Shown here one piece after another: positions 24,097-39,050 of a stretch of 64,000 nt of DNA. The notes under the pieces are model-generated. The model was not told the DNA's origin. It worked only from the letters and a program-made list of their open reading frames with translations, and did no database searches. Source of the DNA: Eledone cirrhosa (lineage: Eukaryota); assembly GCA_964016885.1 (NCBI GenBank), contig OZ024742.1:200384001-200448000 (forward strand), given 5' to 3'. Positions within the stretch are counted from its first letter, which is position 1. Every line of letters starts with the position of its first letter. The translations under genes were made by a program, and so were the position numbers.

Positions 24097-24945
24097 CATA
24101 CACAGACACGCACACACGCATATATATTTATATATATATACATATATATGTGTGCGCGCGCCTGCGTATATATATACATTCATTAATATATTTTATGTTA
24201 TTTACTCTCCCACTTTATTTCAATATACTGTATATGTATGCAGATGTGGATCAACGTATAATAGAGTGATTAGGAACTTGACTTATCTCCCTTTAACCAT
24301 CCATTACATTTCCTATTATTTCATTATATATAAAGTACTTGTAATGCACTGGGATAATTGCTGGCCTTGTGCCAAAAAGTAGAAACAATTATTTCATTAT
24401 ATATACGAGAGCAGTGCTTTTGAAGACTCGTTAAAGCATTGGACAAATTCTTAGCTTTATTTGTTCTGCGACTCATCACCCCAATATCAATAAAATAAAG
24501 TAACAGTCAAATATTGGAGTCAACATTTTATTTATTTATTTATTTGCGTCCCAGCCGAGGGGCTGAGACCATGCTGGGGCACCACCCCACCCCACCCCGA
24601 AAAATTGCTGGCCTGAATTAGAAACCATTAAAAAAATATATATACTTCTCCTCTTGTATAAGAATGAGCTGCTTTACTCCACCTTAACATCACAGCAACG
24701 AGTGGTTTGTAGTAACGCTCGTCTATTATTTTGTTTGATGTGTTGTTGCACATCTTTCGCCAGACAAGCTTTTCAAAGATCCAATTAATACACGTATCCG
24801 TTGAAACCCGGGTTTTCAGCTAGTTTTGGTTATTGTTGACCAAATGTAATACATTATTTACAATTTATCCCGGGTTTTGAGAATTCTTTCTAGCACTCGA
24901 TATGTAAATAATTCGATATGTAAATATAGAATGTAAATAATGTAT

Positions 24946-24979
<34 letters not shown>

Positions 24980-24982
<3 letters not shown>

Positions 24983-25262
24983 AGTATGTATACGTACATA
25001 CATATATGTATACAGACGTACAGTAGCATGTACGGCGTAAATCAGGCTGTTCGTTTGTTTGCAAACGAACAAAGCGAACATTATAATAAATGTTCGGTAA
25101 ACTGATACGTGCATATATATATGTGTGCCTGTATGTATATATATATATATATATATACATGCTACTGTACGTCTGTATACATATATGTATGTACGTATAC
25201 ATACATACTTACATTTAAGTAAGTGCCGTACTAAGAGTGAGAAATGAAATTTCGTTTCATTC
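24980..25262. mobile_element. Foldback fragment of the 5995-6985 family
   Basis: gtatacagacgtacagtag/ctactgtacgtctgtatac inverse pair and gccgtactaagagtgagaaatgaaatttcg. Confidence 0.75.
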
Positions 25263-25263
25263 T

Positions 25264-25294
<31 letters not shown>

Positions 25295-25629
25295 CGAGGC
25301 CTCTTTGGATTTTACTCTTCAAATTTATTATTATTACTATATATATATATATATAGGCATACGTCAAAACGGCCGGTCGCAAAAGTGAAACTAATTTTTG
25401 ACAGTTACGTACGTCATTACTTTCAATTTGGATTGTGAATTTGTTTGCTTTTTTACAACAGGTCTCACATATATATATATATGTAAATATAATGTACAAA
25501 TGATAAAGTTTATTTACATATAAACAATTTCTATAATAAATATGATTTGCGAAAGAAACAAATTTATCAAAAAAGGAATGAATACAAATCTCCTTCTGAC
25601 GTTATATATATATATATATATATATATAT

Positions 25630-25765
25630 AGGAACAAGTAAGACCCCGACGGCTGAGCTCAAGCCGTTTCGACGGCTAATTCTGGACTGTTACCACTCTA
25701 CTACCCTAAGTATTGAGTACTTTGGTGCGTTCTGGTCCACCTGGTTCCTTACCACATTTCCTTCG

Positions 25766-25770
<5 letters not shown>
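25630..25770. mobile_element. Penelope pseudo-LTR foldback fragment
   Basis: gaccccgacggctgagctcaagccgtttcgacggctaattctggac joined to ccactctactaccctaagtattg. Confidence 0.8.
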
Positions 25771-25817
<47 letters not shown>

Positions 25818-25825
<8 letters not shown>

Positions 25826-26368
25826 ATACTTTGGGAGGGTCATGTTGCCAATAAGAAACACACGCACCAGTTGCTTTCACTTCAATTTATTATATATTTA
25901 TAAATTTATAAATTTACAAATCTACAAATCTACAAACTTATAAATTTCTGGTTGGTTGGTTGGTTCCACAACCAGATAGTTGTTTATATATATAGTCATA
26001 GTCCTTTTGTCACACACTCTGTGACCTCTTCAGTGACTGGCGATTCCTTTCTTCGTTTCTGTGCCTTTCCTTTCTTCTATCCTACGCCAAACAAAATGGC
26101 GTAGGATAGAAGAAAGGAAAGGCACAGAAACGAAGAAAGGAATCGCCAGTCACTGAAGAGGTCACAGAGTGTGTGACAAAAGGACTATGACTATATATAT
26201 AAACAACTATCTGGTTGTGGAACCAACCAACCAACCAGAAATTTATAAGTTTGTAGATTTGTAGATTTGTAAATTTATAAATTTATAAATATATAATAAA
26301 TTGAAGTGAAAGCAACTGGTGCATGTGTTTCTTATTGGCAACATGACCCTCCCAAAGTATAACAATAT
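25818..26368. repeat. Near-perfect inverted repeat (272-bp arms, 7-bp spacer) with hammerhead-like motif at 26148-26192
   Basis: Arms 25818-26089 and 26097-26368; AGTCA-CTGAAGA-GTCAC/GTGAC-AAAA-ggac-TA-TGACT. Confidence 0.9.
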
Positions 26369-26422
26369 CGGTTTCAACACACGATTTCAGATAAAGAATC
26401 TTGCTAAACAAATTCAGAAACG

Positions 26423-26511
<89 letters not shown>

Positions 26512-26634
26512 TATATATATATTTTAATATATATATATATATATATTTACACACATGTATAAATGTATTCGGGGATTCACATTCTCTCTGCTTATATACA
26601 TAAATGTATATGGGGGAGGGTACACATACCCCTT

Positions 26635-26667
<33 letters not shown>

Positions 26668-26952
26668 GCACTCCCTCTATACGAACATAAACCGAGACAC
26701 ATGTACCCTATGTGTGGGCGCATGCAAACACACACACGCATATATATATATATACAAATCTATAGGGCACAGCTGTAAAGTCAGTGCTCCATCTTAGTCA
26801 TAGTCAAAGAACACACGTAAACATTTCTATAGATAGACGCATACATATAGATGTATTTATGTTTATATATATGTTATGTCCAGTTTGGTTGTAGTAAAGT
26901 TAAAATTCATTTGAATTGACAATATGCATACATACGTTTGTATGCAGGCTTA

Positions 26953-26998
<46 letters not shown>

Positions 26999-27182
26999 AA
27001 CGAGTAGGACCCCGACGGCTGAGCTCAAGCCGTTTCGATATATATATATATATTGACGTACGTAACAGTCAAAAATTAGTTTCACTTTTGCGACCGGCCG
27101 TTTTGACGTATGCCATATATATATATATATATATTCCTTCCATATACTGTACCAATTCTGTTGCTTTTTCTGTTTACCTTTT

Positions 27183-27219
<37 letters not shown>

Positions 27220-27283
27220 AATATATATATATATATTCCTTCCATATACTGTTACAATTATGTTGCTATTTCTGTTTACCTTT

Positions 27284-27395
<112 letters not shown>

Positions 27396-27578
27396 CATAT
27401 ATATATATGCATACACACACACACACACATATATATATATATGATATTTATACAAATACTCCGTTTTACATCATCTAGCCGTTCCCATAAATGGAATTGG
27501 AAATATACAAAAGCGTGGAGAAGTTAATATTGCTAAGAAAAGTTTATTGGACCGTATGACACAACCAATAATACACCT

Positions 27579-27737
<159 letters not shown>

Positions 27738-27743
27738 GATATA

Positions 27744-27774
<31 letters not shown>

Positions 27775-27871
27775 GATATGTATATATATACTCTCCTTAC
27801 TATCATGCTTTCATATTTCTCCTTGCTCCCCTTTTCTCATTGTATTTGTATATAAATAAGTACATAGATAC

Positions 27872-28068
27872 AAGGAGAGAGGGAGAGCAAGGAGAGTAAG
27901 GAGAAAATGAGAGCAATGAGAAAAGGAGAGCAAGGAGTGCAATGAGAAAAGGAGAGCAAGGAGAGGAAGGAGAGCAATGGGAAAAGGAGAGCAAGGAGAA
28001 AAGGAGATCAAGGAGAGCAATGGGAAAAGGAGAGCAATGAGAAACGGAGAGCAAAGAGAGCAAGGTGA
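27872..28068. repeat. GA-rich minisatellite (aaggagagcaa units)
   Basis: Direct inspection. Confidence 0.85.
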
Positions 28069-28451
28069 GGTTAAGGCACATATTACTCAAGTTATGCTGG
28101 AAGCAGACAAAGGTGAAAAAATCCACTGAAGAGGTACATTCTGCACCAAAATGACTTTTCTTCCTTCACAAACATCGAGTTTTCGTCTTTTGTAACTCCT
28201 GGTACAAAAACTTTCTTCACAAGATTTTCTATCAGCACCGACCCTTCAACATGGAGGATGATCCTGGTTACAAAAGTGGACTTTAAAAACTTGAGAAGAC
28301 AGTTGTTGCAGAAAAAAGTGTCAAACTCATTTAGGATTACAATAACATTCTCACAAAAGATGAAACTGAGAAACAATTTGTTTTACAGATCGTAAAAACA
28401 TAAACACCGTAAAACATACGCTACTGCCACTAAATCCTCTCTTATGCAAAA

Positions 28452-28822
28452 ATAATTGTTTCAACTTTTGGCACAAGGCCAGCAATTATCCCTGGTACTT
28501 TATTTTATCGACCCGGTAAGTATGTAAGGCAAAGTTAACCTCGGCGGGATTTGAACTCAGATCATAAAGGACCGTAACTCTATGCTGCAAAGCATGGTGT
28601 CTGACCCTTCATCGATACTGCCAATGCAAAAATAATGGTTTCTACTTTTGACACAAGGCTAGCAATTATGCTAGTACATTACTGGTACTTAATTTTATCG
28701 ACCCCGTAAGGATGAAAGGCAAAGTTAACCTCGGCGGGATTTGAACTCAGAATGATAAGGGCCGTAACTCTATGCGTCAAAGCATGGCGTCCGACCCTCT
28801 ACCGTTACTGCCAATCCACCGC
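28452..28822 (-). mobile_element. Two tandem SINE family 1 copies
   Basis: Units 28452-28625 and 28632-28822; motif (t)gcaaaaataat recurs at the junctions. Confidence 0.85.
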
Positions 28823-29297
28823 CAATGCAAAAATAATGTTCAATATTCAGTGTTCACATTATGTTTTTGATTCTATAGAAATTATTGTTGTAAATAAAAA
28901 TGCGTTTCTCCTATAGAAGTTGTGTGCTTTATTAAGAAAACCTAATATTTCTGAAGTTTTTCATGTTATTTATTTGAGGAATTTTTCAAATTAACTATTG
29001 TTAAATTTGATTCAGAACGTTTTTAAACATTTGCTGGGGTTGCCTGGGTGTGTCCACATAAATCTCTCTGAGAAGAAAAAAGAAAATGGTTGAGATAGGG
29101 AACAGTATACTGCTTTTGAACAGAATTAATCGTTGAGTATACTATGTTCCAACTTCAAGGCGTTTGAGGGTAGCCAAACACTTGTCTGATTGAGTTAAAA
29201 TTTTGCACATCCCGTGATTTTGTTAATTGAAACAGGATTAGTGGGTGGGAGCATCAACATTCAACTTTCGGAAAATTACCTATTGCTAAGGGCCACC

Positions 29298-29368
<71 letters not shown>

Positions 29369-29573
29369 TTGTGTAATAAAAAACATAAGATAATTATTTC
29401 ATTTACCAAAGGTTTCACGAAGACAGACGAGCCTGACACAGACGTCTGACGACCGAAGTCAGACGTCTATACGAAGTCAGACGAAATTATCTTATGTTGT
29501 TTATTACATAACTAAAAACCTCTGTAGCCTACATAGAGCACTCTCTTTACCTTTACCTTTCCTACGGAAACAC

Positions 29574-29653
<80 letters not shown>

Positions 29654-29947
29654 AAGATTTACATATACACAAATTAGACAAAGTCATATGTATATATATA
29701 TATATATGTTTTTGGCAACCATTCACGATGTGGCTCAATGACGAATTAATTAATTAAATAATCAACAATCAGAGCAATATACAATAAAGTATGTCCATAG
29801 AATCATTTGATATGATATATACACCATCTCCTCTCCCAATCAGCATAATCTACCACACGTTTATTTATCTATTATTTCTTCATAGGTGCCTTTTAATCTT
29901 ATAGCCTGGTTTAATTGTTTTTTTTGTGTGGTTGATTATGCTGCTTT

Positions 29948-30013
<66 letters not shown>

Positions 30014-30017
30014 TATA

Positions 30018-30897
30018 CAGGGTGTTCGGGATAAATTTGACAGTTTCATCAGGAAAAAGAAAAAGTGCTTGGTATCTACAAAATTTATTTGGTTTAAAAT
30101 TACACTATTGTCAAAGAGTTTTACTCAAAATAACCTCCATTAGCGTCTATTACAGCCTCAATCCGGGCCCGGAACCTAGAGCAAGCTGATTTTACACTTT
30201 GCCTGGGAAGGCCCTCAAAAACTACTTTAATTCTGTCGATTAACTGGGCTTTTGTAGTACTGGCACGGCGATTGGTGTCTTTCTCTACAGCGCCCCATAC
30301 ATAATAGTCCATCGGGTTAAGATCAGGGGAGTTCGGAGGCCAAACATTGGGACTGGTGTAGTGGTAAAACTTGGCTGACAACCATTTTTGACTTTTCCCC
30401 GAGGTGTGGCAGGGGGCCGAATCCAGCTGCCATACATACGGCCTATTATTGGCTACCCTTGTTATCCAGGGCTTCAATTCATGCGACAAAGACCGAATTC
30501 CGATGCCAGGGTCCTCCAACACTTTTTTCTGCAGATTTTCGAGGAATTCTGCTGTGCGAGTGCAATCAGATCTTCTGTTATGTTTCTTTCTTCTAGCCAC
30601 AGCCTCGCAGTCTCCATTGCAATTCTCCAGTTCATGCCGGATTGTTTTTACAGTGTTCAGGGAGCATTGAGCAGCGACCATAATCTCCTTATTTTGATGG
30701 CCGGCGCGAATCATCATAATACAAGTTATTCTCTTCCATGATTCAGGTGGCTCCCAGTCATCCATTCTCGTTGTCATCACATATATGAATGAAGGAGGGT
30801 TTAAACTTTCAAATAAAGCCTAGTGGGCATGAATGAATTTAAAACATCTGAAAAAACAACCAAATATTCTTCTGTCAAATTTATCCCGAACACCATG
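30018..30897 (-). mobile_element. Tc1/mariner DD37D (maT) transposon, internally deleted
   Basis: TIRs CAGGGTGTTCGGGATAAATTTGACAG / CTGTCAAATTTATCCCGAACACCATG with TA flanks; ORF 30121-30780 with WQLDSAPCH...WPPNSPDLNPMD, 37 residues between the last two Asp. Confidence 0.92.
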
Positions 30898-30900
30898 TAT

Positions 30901-30987
<87 letters not shown>

Positions 30988-31089
30988 TTTATTAAAAAAG
31001 GAAGGGAGATAGGAGAGAAGTCAAAAGTGAGGTAACAATTTCCGTCTCACTTCCACCGGCATAGGTTAAACAAATATATATATATGCCT

Positions 31090-31258
31090 TATTGCTTAGA
31101 GTGTTGGGCTTGCAATAGAGAGGTTATGAGTTCAATTCTCAGACCGGGTGATGTGTTGTATCCTTGAGCAAGGTAGTTTATTTCACGTTGCTCCAGTTTA
31201 CTCAGCGGAAGAAATGTGTTAGTGCCAAGCTGCATGGACCATTTCCTTTCCCATTGAC
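31090..31258 (+). mobile_element. SINE family 2
   Basis: gagttcaattctc B box; tgtatccttgagcaag..tttatttcacgttgctcc core. Confidence 0.7.
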
Positions 31259-31301
31259 AACACACACACACACACACACACATACACGCAGACACACACA
31301 C

Positions 31302-31337
<36 letters not shown>

Positions 31338-31362
31338 GCAGACACACACACACACGCACACA

Positions 31363-31454
<92 letters not shown>

Positions 31455-31772
31455 GAGTATATATAGTGGCAATAACTGGGTAGATATATCAAAAGTAGAG
31501 GACAACACGAGTCTTTAGGGCGAGTTTTATTATAATTATTAAGGCCAGTTACTACACTAGATCTATACCAAGAACGTACTTTTCGTTGGCCTGGAGTACC
31601 AACTTTTTCAACCTGAGCCGGTGGAAGTAAACCGGAAATTGTTTATGAAAAAGAAAGGGAGATTGGAGAGTGGTCAAAAGTGAGGTAACAATTTCCGTCT
31701 CACTTCCACCGGCGTAGGTTCAAAACGTTGCTCCGCCATATATATATATATATACACACACACATATATATA

Positions 31773-31880
<108 letters not shown>

Positions 31881-32056
31881 GACGTAAAATAAGAAAATTT
31901 TAAAAATTAAAAATTAATTTACTTACTATTTAAAATTTTCTTTCATATAATTGTTCTGCATCCCCCTGCATAGAACCACAAAGGTACTAAGACATAACAT
32001 ATATATTTGCTAGCATGAGTATACATCTGTATACATATGTTGGTAGATATACTAAT

Positions 32057-32090
<34 letters not shown>

Positions 32091-32140
32091 TATATACACA
32101 CATATATATATATGTATATATATATATACATATATATGTA

Positions 32141-32223
<83 letters not shown>

Positions 32224-32227
32224 TATG

Positions 32228-32295
<68 letters not shown>

Positions 32296-32296
<1 letters not shown>

Positions 32297-32577
32297 TTGT
32301 ATATGTATAATAAAGCCAAAATGATGCAGGTATGGACATAGAATAAAGAATGCAAATGCAAAAGATATTGTTGACAATTAGTCTTTTACATTAGATTTAT
32401 TTAAATGTCCTTAATTTTCGAGATAATATCTCTTCTTCGGAGGGAAGTAAAGCGGTTAAACCAGTGTTCTAAATAGCTTGCCAAGTCATGCTAATTGTCA
32501 ACAATATCTTTTGCATTTGCATTCTTTATTCTATGTCCATACCTGCATTGTTTTGGCTTTATTATACATATACAAAC
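32296..32577 (-). mobile_element. Foldback element with central hammerhead motif (32408-32444, -)
   Basis: ~85-bp inverted arms; minus strand CCT-CCGAAGA-GAGAT/ATCTC-GAAA-at-TA-AGG. Confidence 0.7.
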
Positions 32578-32622
32578 GTTTATACCTCATTACACAATGC
32601 TTCAAGTGAACTATAACCTCCT

Positions 32623-33140
<518 letters not shown>

Positions 33141-33499
33141 TCTATACACTATAATCTAATGATATTTATGTATAATTACGTATTTGTGTGTATGTATATA
33201 TGTATATTCATATATGGAAAGCTGTGAAGAACAAGGGGATTTGTCGAATAGACCCAGAAGTGGAAGACTGCGAACTAAATGACCTCCTATTCTCATTAAA
33301 GCCGTTCTTGAAAGGTTACACACACATATTTGGATACATATATATATGTATACAAATATGCATATCGAGTATAGCCATTGCACGATAATCCCCCCCCCCC
33401 CCCACACATATATATTAATAATTAACAGTGCTGCGATTGAATGTGGTTTTTTAGCCCAGCCAATGATCTAAAATGTCTTGCACAGAGTTAGCAACCATG

Positions 33500-33830
33500 A
33501 TAAAATCCTTCATTGGCAATAGCCGGCTGTGGTTGGACTTCATGTACTTTTACATGTCGTTTGAGCCCTCCTGCTGATTTATACTCTTTCCACATGTTTG
33601 ACAGGTATGATGAGTAGTATCTCCGACAACAGCCTGGTAGTCAACCACTGGTCTCACTTTATGACTGCGAAGATGACCTTTGAGTTCAGCTTTGCTGAGA
33701 CAGTCTTGCACAGACGCTGCATGTCGGCGCCATAGGAGGACCTTTGCTGTCTGGAAATGTAACAGCAATGCCTTTCCTGACATCCCTTTTTACTTTCTCG
33801 TATGCGATTCAAAATGCTTCAAAAGCAACT
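33500..33830 (-). mobile_element. Degenerate RTE 3' fragment with zinc-finger remnants
   Basis: CLSKAELKGHLRSH...TCQTCGK, similar to 21897-22365. Confidence 0.6.
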
Positions 33831-33909
33831 TTCATACACACACACACACACACACACGTACACACACGTACACACACGCAGACACACACGCAGACACACA
33901 CGCAGACAC

Positions 33910-34048
<139 letters not shown>

Positions 34049-34662
34049 ATAAATATCAAAAGAGATGGCTATATAATATAACGATCATGCGGCTCTATGA
34101 TCGTTCAGTGAGAGATTTGAAATAAAAAATCCAAGACCTATTATATTAATGTGTAGTGGAAAGATCTCTCTATATAATGAAAAAAAGCTGTTTTATTATA
34201 ATTCATACACGTAATGTTTATTAAACTATCTTAGGTTTCAAGGCTTAGGCGCGGAAATCATCTGCAGGCTGTACACGACAGTGCAGAATGCTCTTGAGGG
34301 TTGTTTACACTTCGAGAGGTATTTACTTACATTCATTAGGGAAAAACTACGGCCCGGATATTTAGTCATTACAAACAGAAGTGCTACATCCACCATCATT
34401 TGTCAATATTAATACTTTGCACTTCATGACATCTTTATTTTTTTTACACACTTTACAACATACTAACAATTGACCCAACTTACAAACAATCGAGCACATA
34501 AACACACTCACATTTATGCCATATTTCAGCATATCGCATTACTATCTCTTCAAGAATACACAAAAGTCGCTTCCACTTGACAATTGATTAACATATTCTT
34601 GTGATTATGTCCACTTTTCATGCAGGATCTCACCCAGAAATCTCGTTCAGATATCTTGCATC

Positions 34663-34770
34663 TACGCCTGATAAAAGGCCAATATCGTGGGTCTGCTTTA
34701 TGCCTTCTGTTCGTCGTGTATTGTCTACAGATTATTTTTACACCTATAACTTGAAACCTAAGGTAGCGTA
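34663..34770 (+). ncRNA. Hammerhead-like motif (core variant)
   Basis: Stem I TACGC/GCGTA, CTGATAA (G8 changed), GAAA, stem III ACCTAAGGT, GUA triplet. Confidence 0.55.
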
Positions 34771-34789
34771 ATAGATGTTACGTGTATGA

Positions 34790-35063
<274 letters not shown>

Positions 35064-35748
35064 TGTATGTATGTATGTATGTATGTATGTATGTATGTAT
35101 GTATGTATGCATGCATGTTTGCATGTATGTATAAAACAGATTGTAAACACGCAGTCACAGACAGACAAACACACACGCACCCAAATACACACACGACTTA
35201 ATTCCTCGCTCGTCGCCGCAACAATATTCGACCGAAAGCAACACCATCTGTTGACGGATTAATAACTGCAGATTAGTGATATCCGCTGTAGACATTAATA
35301 GAAGGCGGTATCGGATTTCATTAGAATCATCTAGAAACTTCAAAGATTGCATATAGCTTCTCTTCAAATGTCTGATTAAAGAGATTACAACGTCGTATTA
35401 ATAGCAACTCTAATTAGCTGATCAAAGTCCATGTATCATTAATTTTTCTGCTCTGTCCACCTTACCACTGTCCTTTTCCCCATTCTCTATTGCCTCCACG
35501 CCGCGTAGTCTGTCTGTATTATGTATTACATATTTACCCACCACTCAGTTTTATCTCTCTTTGTGTGTGTGTGTCTGTGTGTGAATCTTTTACGAGGGGG
35601 CTTAATAAGGATTAAGGCGCCACATACACTGCACATTATACTACACAAAAACGAGCTTAAGTTTATACATATTCATACAGACTCACATACAAACATATGC
35701 ACTACACTTTACCACCCCAGTCGGGACCCCGACGACCAAGCTTTTGTC

Positions 35749-35820
<72 letters not shown>

Positions 35821-35897
35821 CAACTAGTCTCAGATTCAGTCTGGAACTAGCTGTTGAAAGGGTAAGAGCCGTCAGGATACCGGCTCCTTATAATATA

Positions 35898-38640
35898 TAT
35901 AACGAAGGAAATGTGGCAAGGAACCAGATGGACCATAACGCACCAAAGTACTCAATACTTAGGGTAGTAGAGTGGGTAATAGGAACAAGTATGACCCCGA
36001 TGGCAGAGCTCAAGCCGTTTCGACGGCTAATTCTGGACTAAATAAGAATTTTTAGCCTGGTAAATAAATAGCCGAACTTCTCAGGAGGTAATTCCATATA
36101 TGGGAAGATAGTAATAGTCAAAAGGATTGGCAAAAAATTTGTTGTAAAGACACACAAATCTTTGACCAATTCTTTTGACTATTACTATCTTCCCATATAT
36201 GGAATTACCCCCTGAGAAGTTCGGCTATTTATTTACCAGGCTAAAAATTCTTATTTAGTCCAGAATTAGCCGTCGAAACGGCTTGAGCTCTGCCATCGGG
36301 GTCATACTTGTTCCTATTACCCACTCTACTACCCTAAGTATTGAATACTTTTGTGCGTTATGATCCATCTGGTTCCTTACCACATTTCCTTCGTTATCTA
36401 GCTCCTATTTCCGTAGTAGAGCACTTTCCGACCCTACCACGCCGTATCCAGACTTTTCCGCTAAGCTCAAGTTCTTTCACCCGCACCATGCGAAAACACA
36501 ACATCGACTTCTCCACCAAGAACATCCCAGTTCCACCGAGAAAACTTTACCTTCGGATGCTCACACAAAAAATCGACCCCTTTGCGAAAAGACTAAGATG
36601 GAGAACTTTTTTCTACGACCGATATTGCGACAATCCGGACTTCGATACCAAGGAGAGATTCGGATTTAATACCTACAAATCTCCCCCTCCGAACCCTATG
36701 CTCTCACCCTTCGAGAATGACCTTTTCCAACTGGTCAAGAGCATTAAATTCAAACCCAGACACCACAGATTCCTACAAAAACTCCGTAGCAAATTAACAG
36801 AGTATGAAAACACCAACGACGTCATGGTGCACTCGGATAAAACTGGTAACCTCTACTTCGTCAACCCCGACAGATACCACACACTGATCAGGAGCAGCCT
36901 AAACTCCACCTATAAAAAGGCTAACCATTCAAGTATCGAGGACATAAATCGAGATGGACAACAAATTACCTCCAGCCTCGGGGTCGCCGACCGCACTGAA
37001 CCCCTAGACCCACGGACTCCCTACTTCACACTGAAGGACCACAAATCCGACTTCGACCGTAAACCATCCACCAGGTTTATAAACCCAATAAAGTCCGACA
37101 TAGGGAGAATCAGTAAAAAAAATCCTAGACCGCGTTATACCAAAAGTTAAGCAAAACGCGAGACTTAGCCTATGGGTCAGCACCCAGGAGGGTAATCTCA
37201 TGGTTCAGCAATATGGAGGACAAACGAGACACAAAATTCATCCAGTTTGACATAGAGAGTTACTATGCTTCAATTACCTTACCACTCCTTGGACTTTGCC
37301 GAAACACTCACGTCCATCACCGACCAGGAAAGAAATATCATCCTCCACGCCAGGAAGACAGTCCTACTTTTCGACAACTCCAAATGGATAAAGAGAGCTC
37401 CCGACTCCCCCTTCGACGTCAGTATGGGCGCGACGGATTCGGCTGAGGTCACAGATCTTATAGGATTATTCCTACTATTTAAATTCACCGAAATGTTTCC
37501 TGCATTCGGCGGTGGATTGTACCGTGATGATGGGCTCCTTACCCTGAAAGGGTACAACCCCAGTAGTACAGACTGGGTCCGTAAACAATTAATCAGCTTC
37601 TTCCGCGACTGGGGATTTAAAATAACCCTACAAACGTCCCTAACCCGAGTAAACTTCCTGGAGATTACCCTTAACCTCGATAATGATCTGTACTACCCAT
37701 ACAGGAAACCAAACGACAACCTGCATTACATCCACCGCCGGTCGAACCATCCTAGAAACATCACCAATAACCTGGTTAAAAACATCTCCCTCCGCATATC
37801 TCGTTTGTCCGCTAATGAGCAGATATTCGATGAACATGCGCCTTATTACAACCAGGCCCTCAAGCGGAGTGGCTTCCGGGAGGAAATATCCTATTATCCA
37901 GCTTCCATTAGCGGAACCAGCAGGCGACACCGCCGCTCACGCAACGTAACGTGGTCCAATCCTCCTCACAATGCCGAGGTGACAACACCTATCGGGAAAA
38001 TCTTCTTTAGGCTCATCGAAAAACACTCCCCACTACAACACCGCTACCACAACATAATCAACAAAAACGCCATCAAACTCTCCTACAGCACCACACCTAA
38101 CTTTGCACAAAACATCCTCTCCTCTAACAACAAAAAACTCAACCCATATGGAAGAAATAACCTAGACAGCAGTGGAGAGCCGACCAGGAGGTGTAACTGT
38201 CCTGATACATCCCTTTGCCGCCTCAACAACAGATGCCGAGATCGTAATGTGATCTACCAGTGCAACGTGAGGACAGACATCTCCAACAAAGCTTATATAG
38301 GATTAACCGCTTGTGACTTCAAGACCCGGCTCTACCTACACGGACATACTTTCCGAAACCCGGCCCGGCGTCACGCCACTAAACTTTCGGGCTACATCTG
38401 GGACCGCAAAGATAATAATATAACCTACAATCTTACTTGGAGCTTACTGTCCAGAGCTAACACTTACACGGGAGGATGCCGTCCGTGTAACTTATGCTCG
38501 GAGGAAACATTACAAATTCTGTTTTCGAAGAACCAACTCCTAAACAAGAAAGACGAACTGGTAACTGCATGCAAACACAGATTGCGTAGGACTTACCTCG
38601 CCCTCAAACCCCATAATGACTCGGGGAGGGGGTAGACAAG
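35898..38640 (+). mobile_element. Penelope-like retroelement (RT + C-terminal GIY-YIG endonuclease) with 5' inverted pseudo-LTR
   Basis: ~250-bp-arm palindrome 35898-36397 containing a hammerhead-like motif (36204-36305), directly upstream of the ORF. Confidence 0.9.
36488..38635 (+). pseudogene. Penelope-like polyprotein, about 3 frameshifts
   Basis: FSTKNIPVP, SDKTGNLY, YFTLKDHK, FIQFDIESYY.SI, VSMGATDSAEV, YRDDGL, VNFLEITL, YIH..SNHP, CNC...C.L...C, VIY....YIGLT..FK.R..H, C.LC.EE, LLNK..EL. Confidence 0.92.
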
Positions 38641-38930
38641 GGCTGAAACACCCCACTTGCTGACTTTGTAAGGAGTAACCCCTGCTTTCAAAGGGCATAT
38701 TTACCTTAGGCATACCAAAGGGCATATTTACCTTACGAGTAAGGTAAATATGCCCTTTGGCAGCCATCTTGTTACCCATAGGCAGATCTCACACAATGCA
38801 GTCTCGACAGATGAATACTGCTTGATTATGGCTGACAGCTGATGCAACCAAGACACCATAGTATAAATCAATATATGGAACATTATATTATGTAACATTA
38901 TCCCATTATTTTAATTTATATTCCTTTGAA

Positions 38931-39050
38931 GTTCCGATGAGCCATTCTGTTTTTTAAATATGTTAATTATTTTCAACTGAACCAGATCAATTATGATATA
39001 TAGTCATCTGATCCAGAAATATTATATGGAGTAGCGAAACAATTGTAAAC
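38931..39050 (+). ncRNA. Hammerhead-like motif with long stem II insert
   Basis: GTT-CCGATGA-gc...gc-GAAA-CAATTG-TA-AAC; palindromic stem III ACAATTGT. Confidence 0.55.

Noticed and set aside
28092-28376. Possible piggyBac C-terminal cysteine-rich relic (FWCRM...HLCLLP)
   Set aside because: Too degenerate; no TIR or catalytic motifs seen
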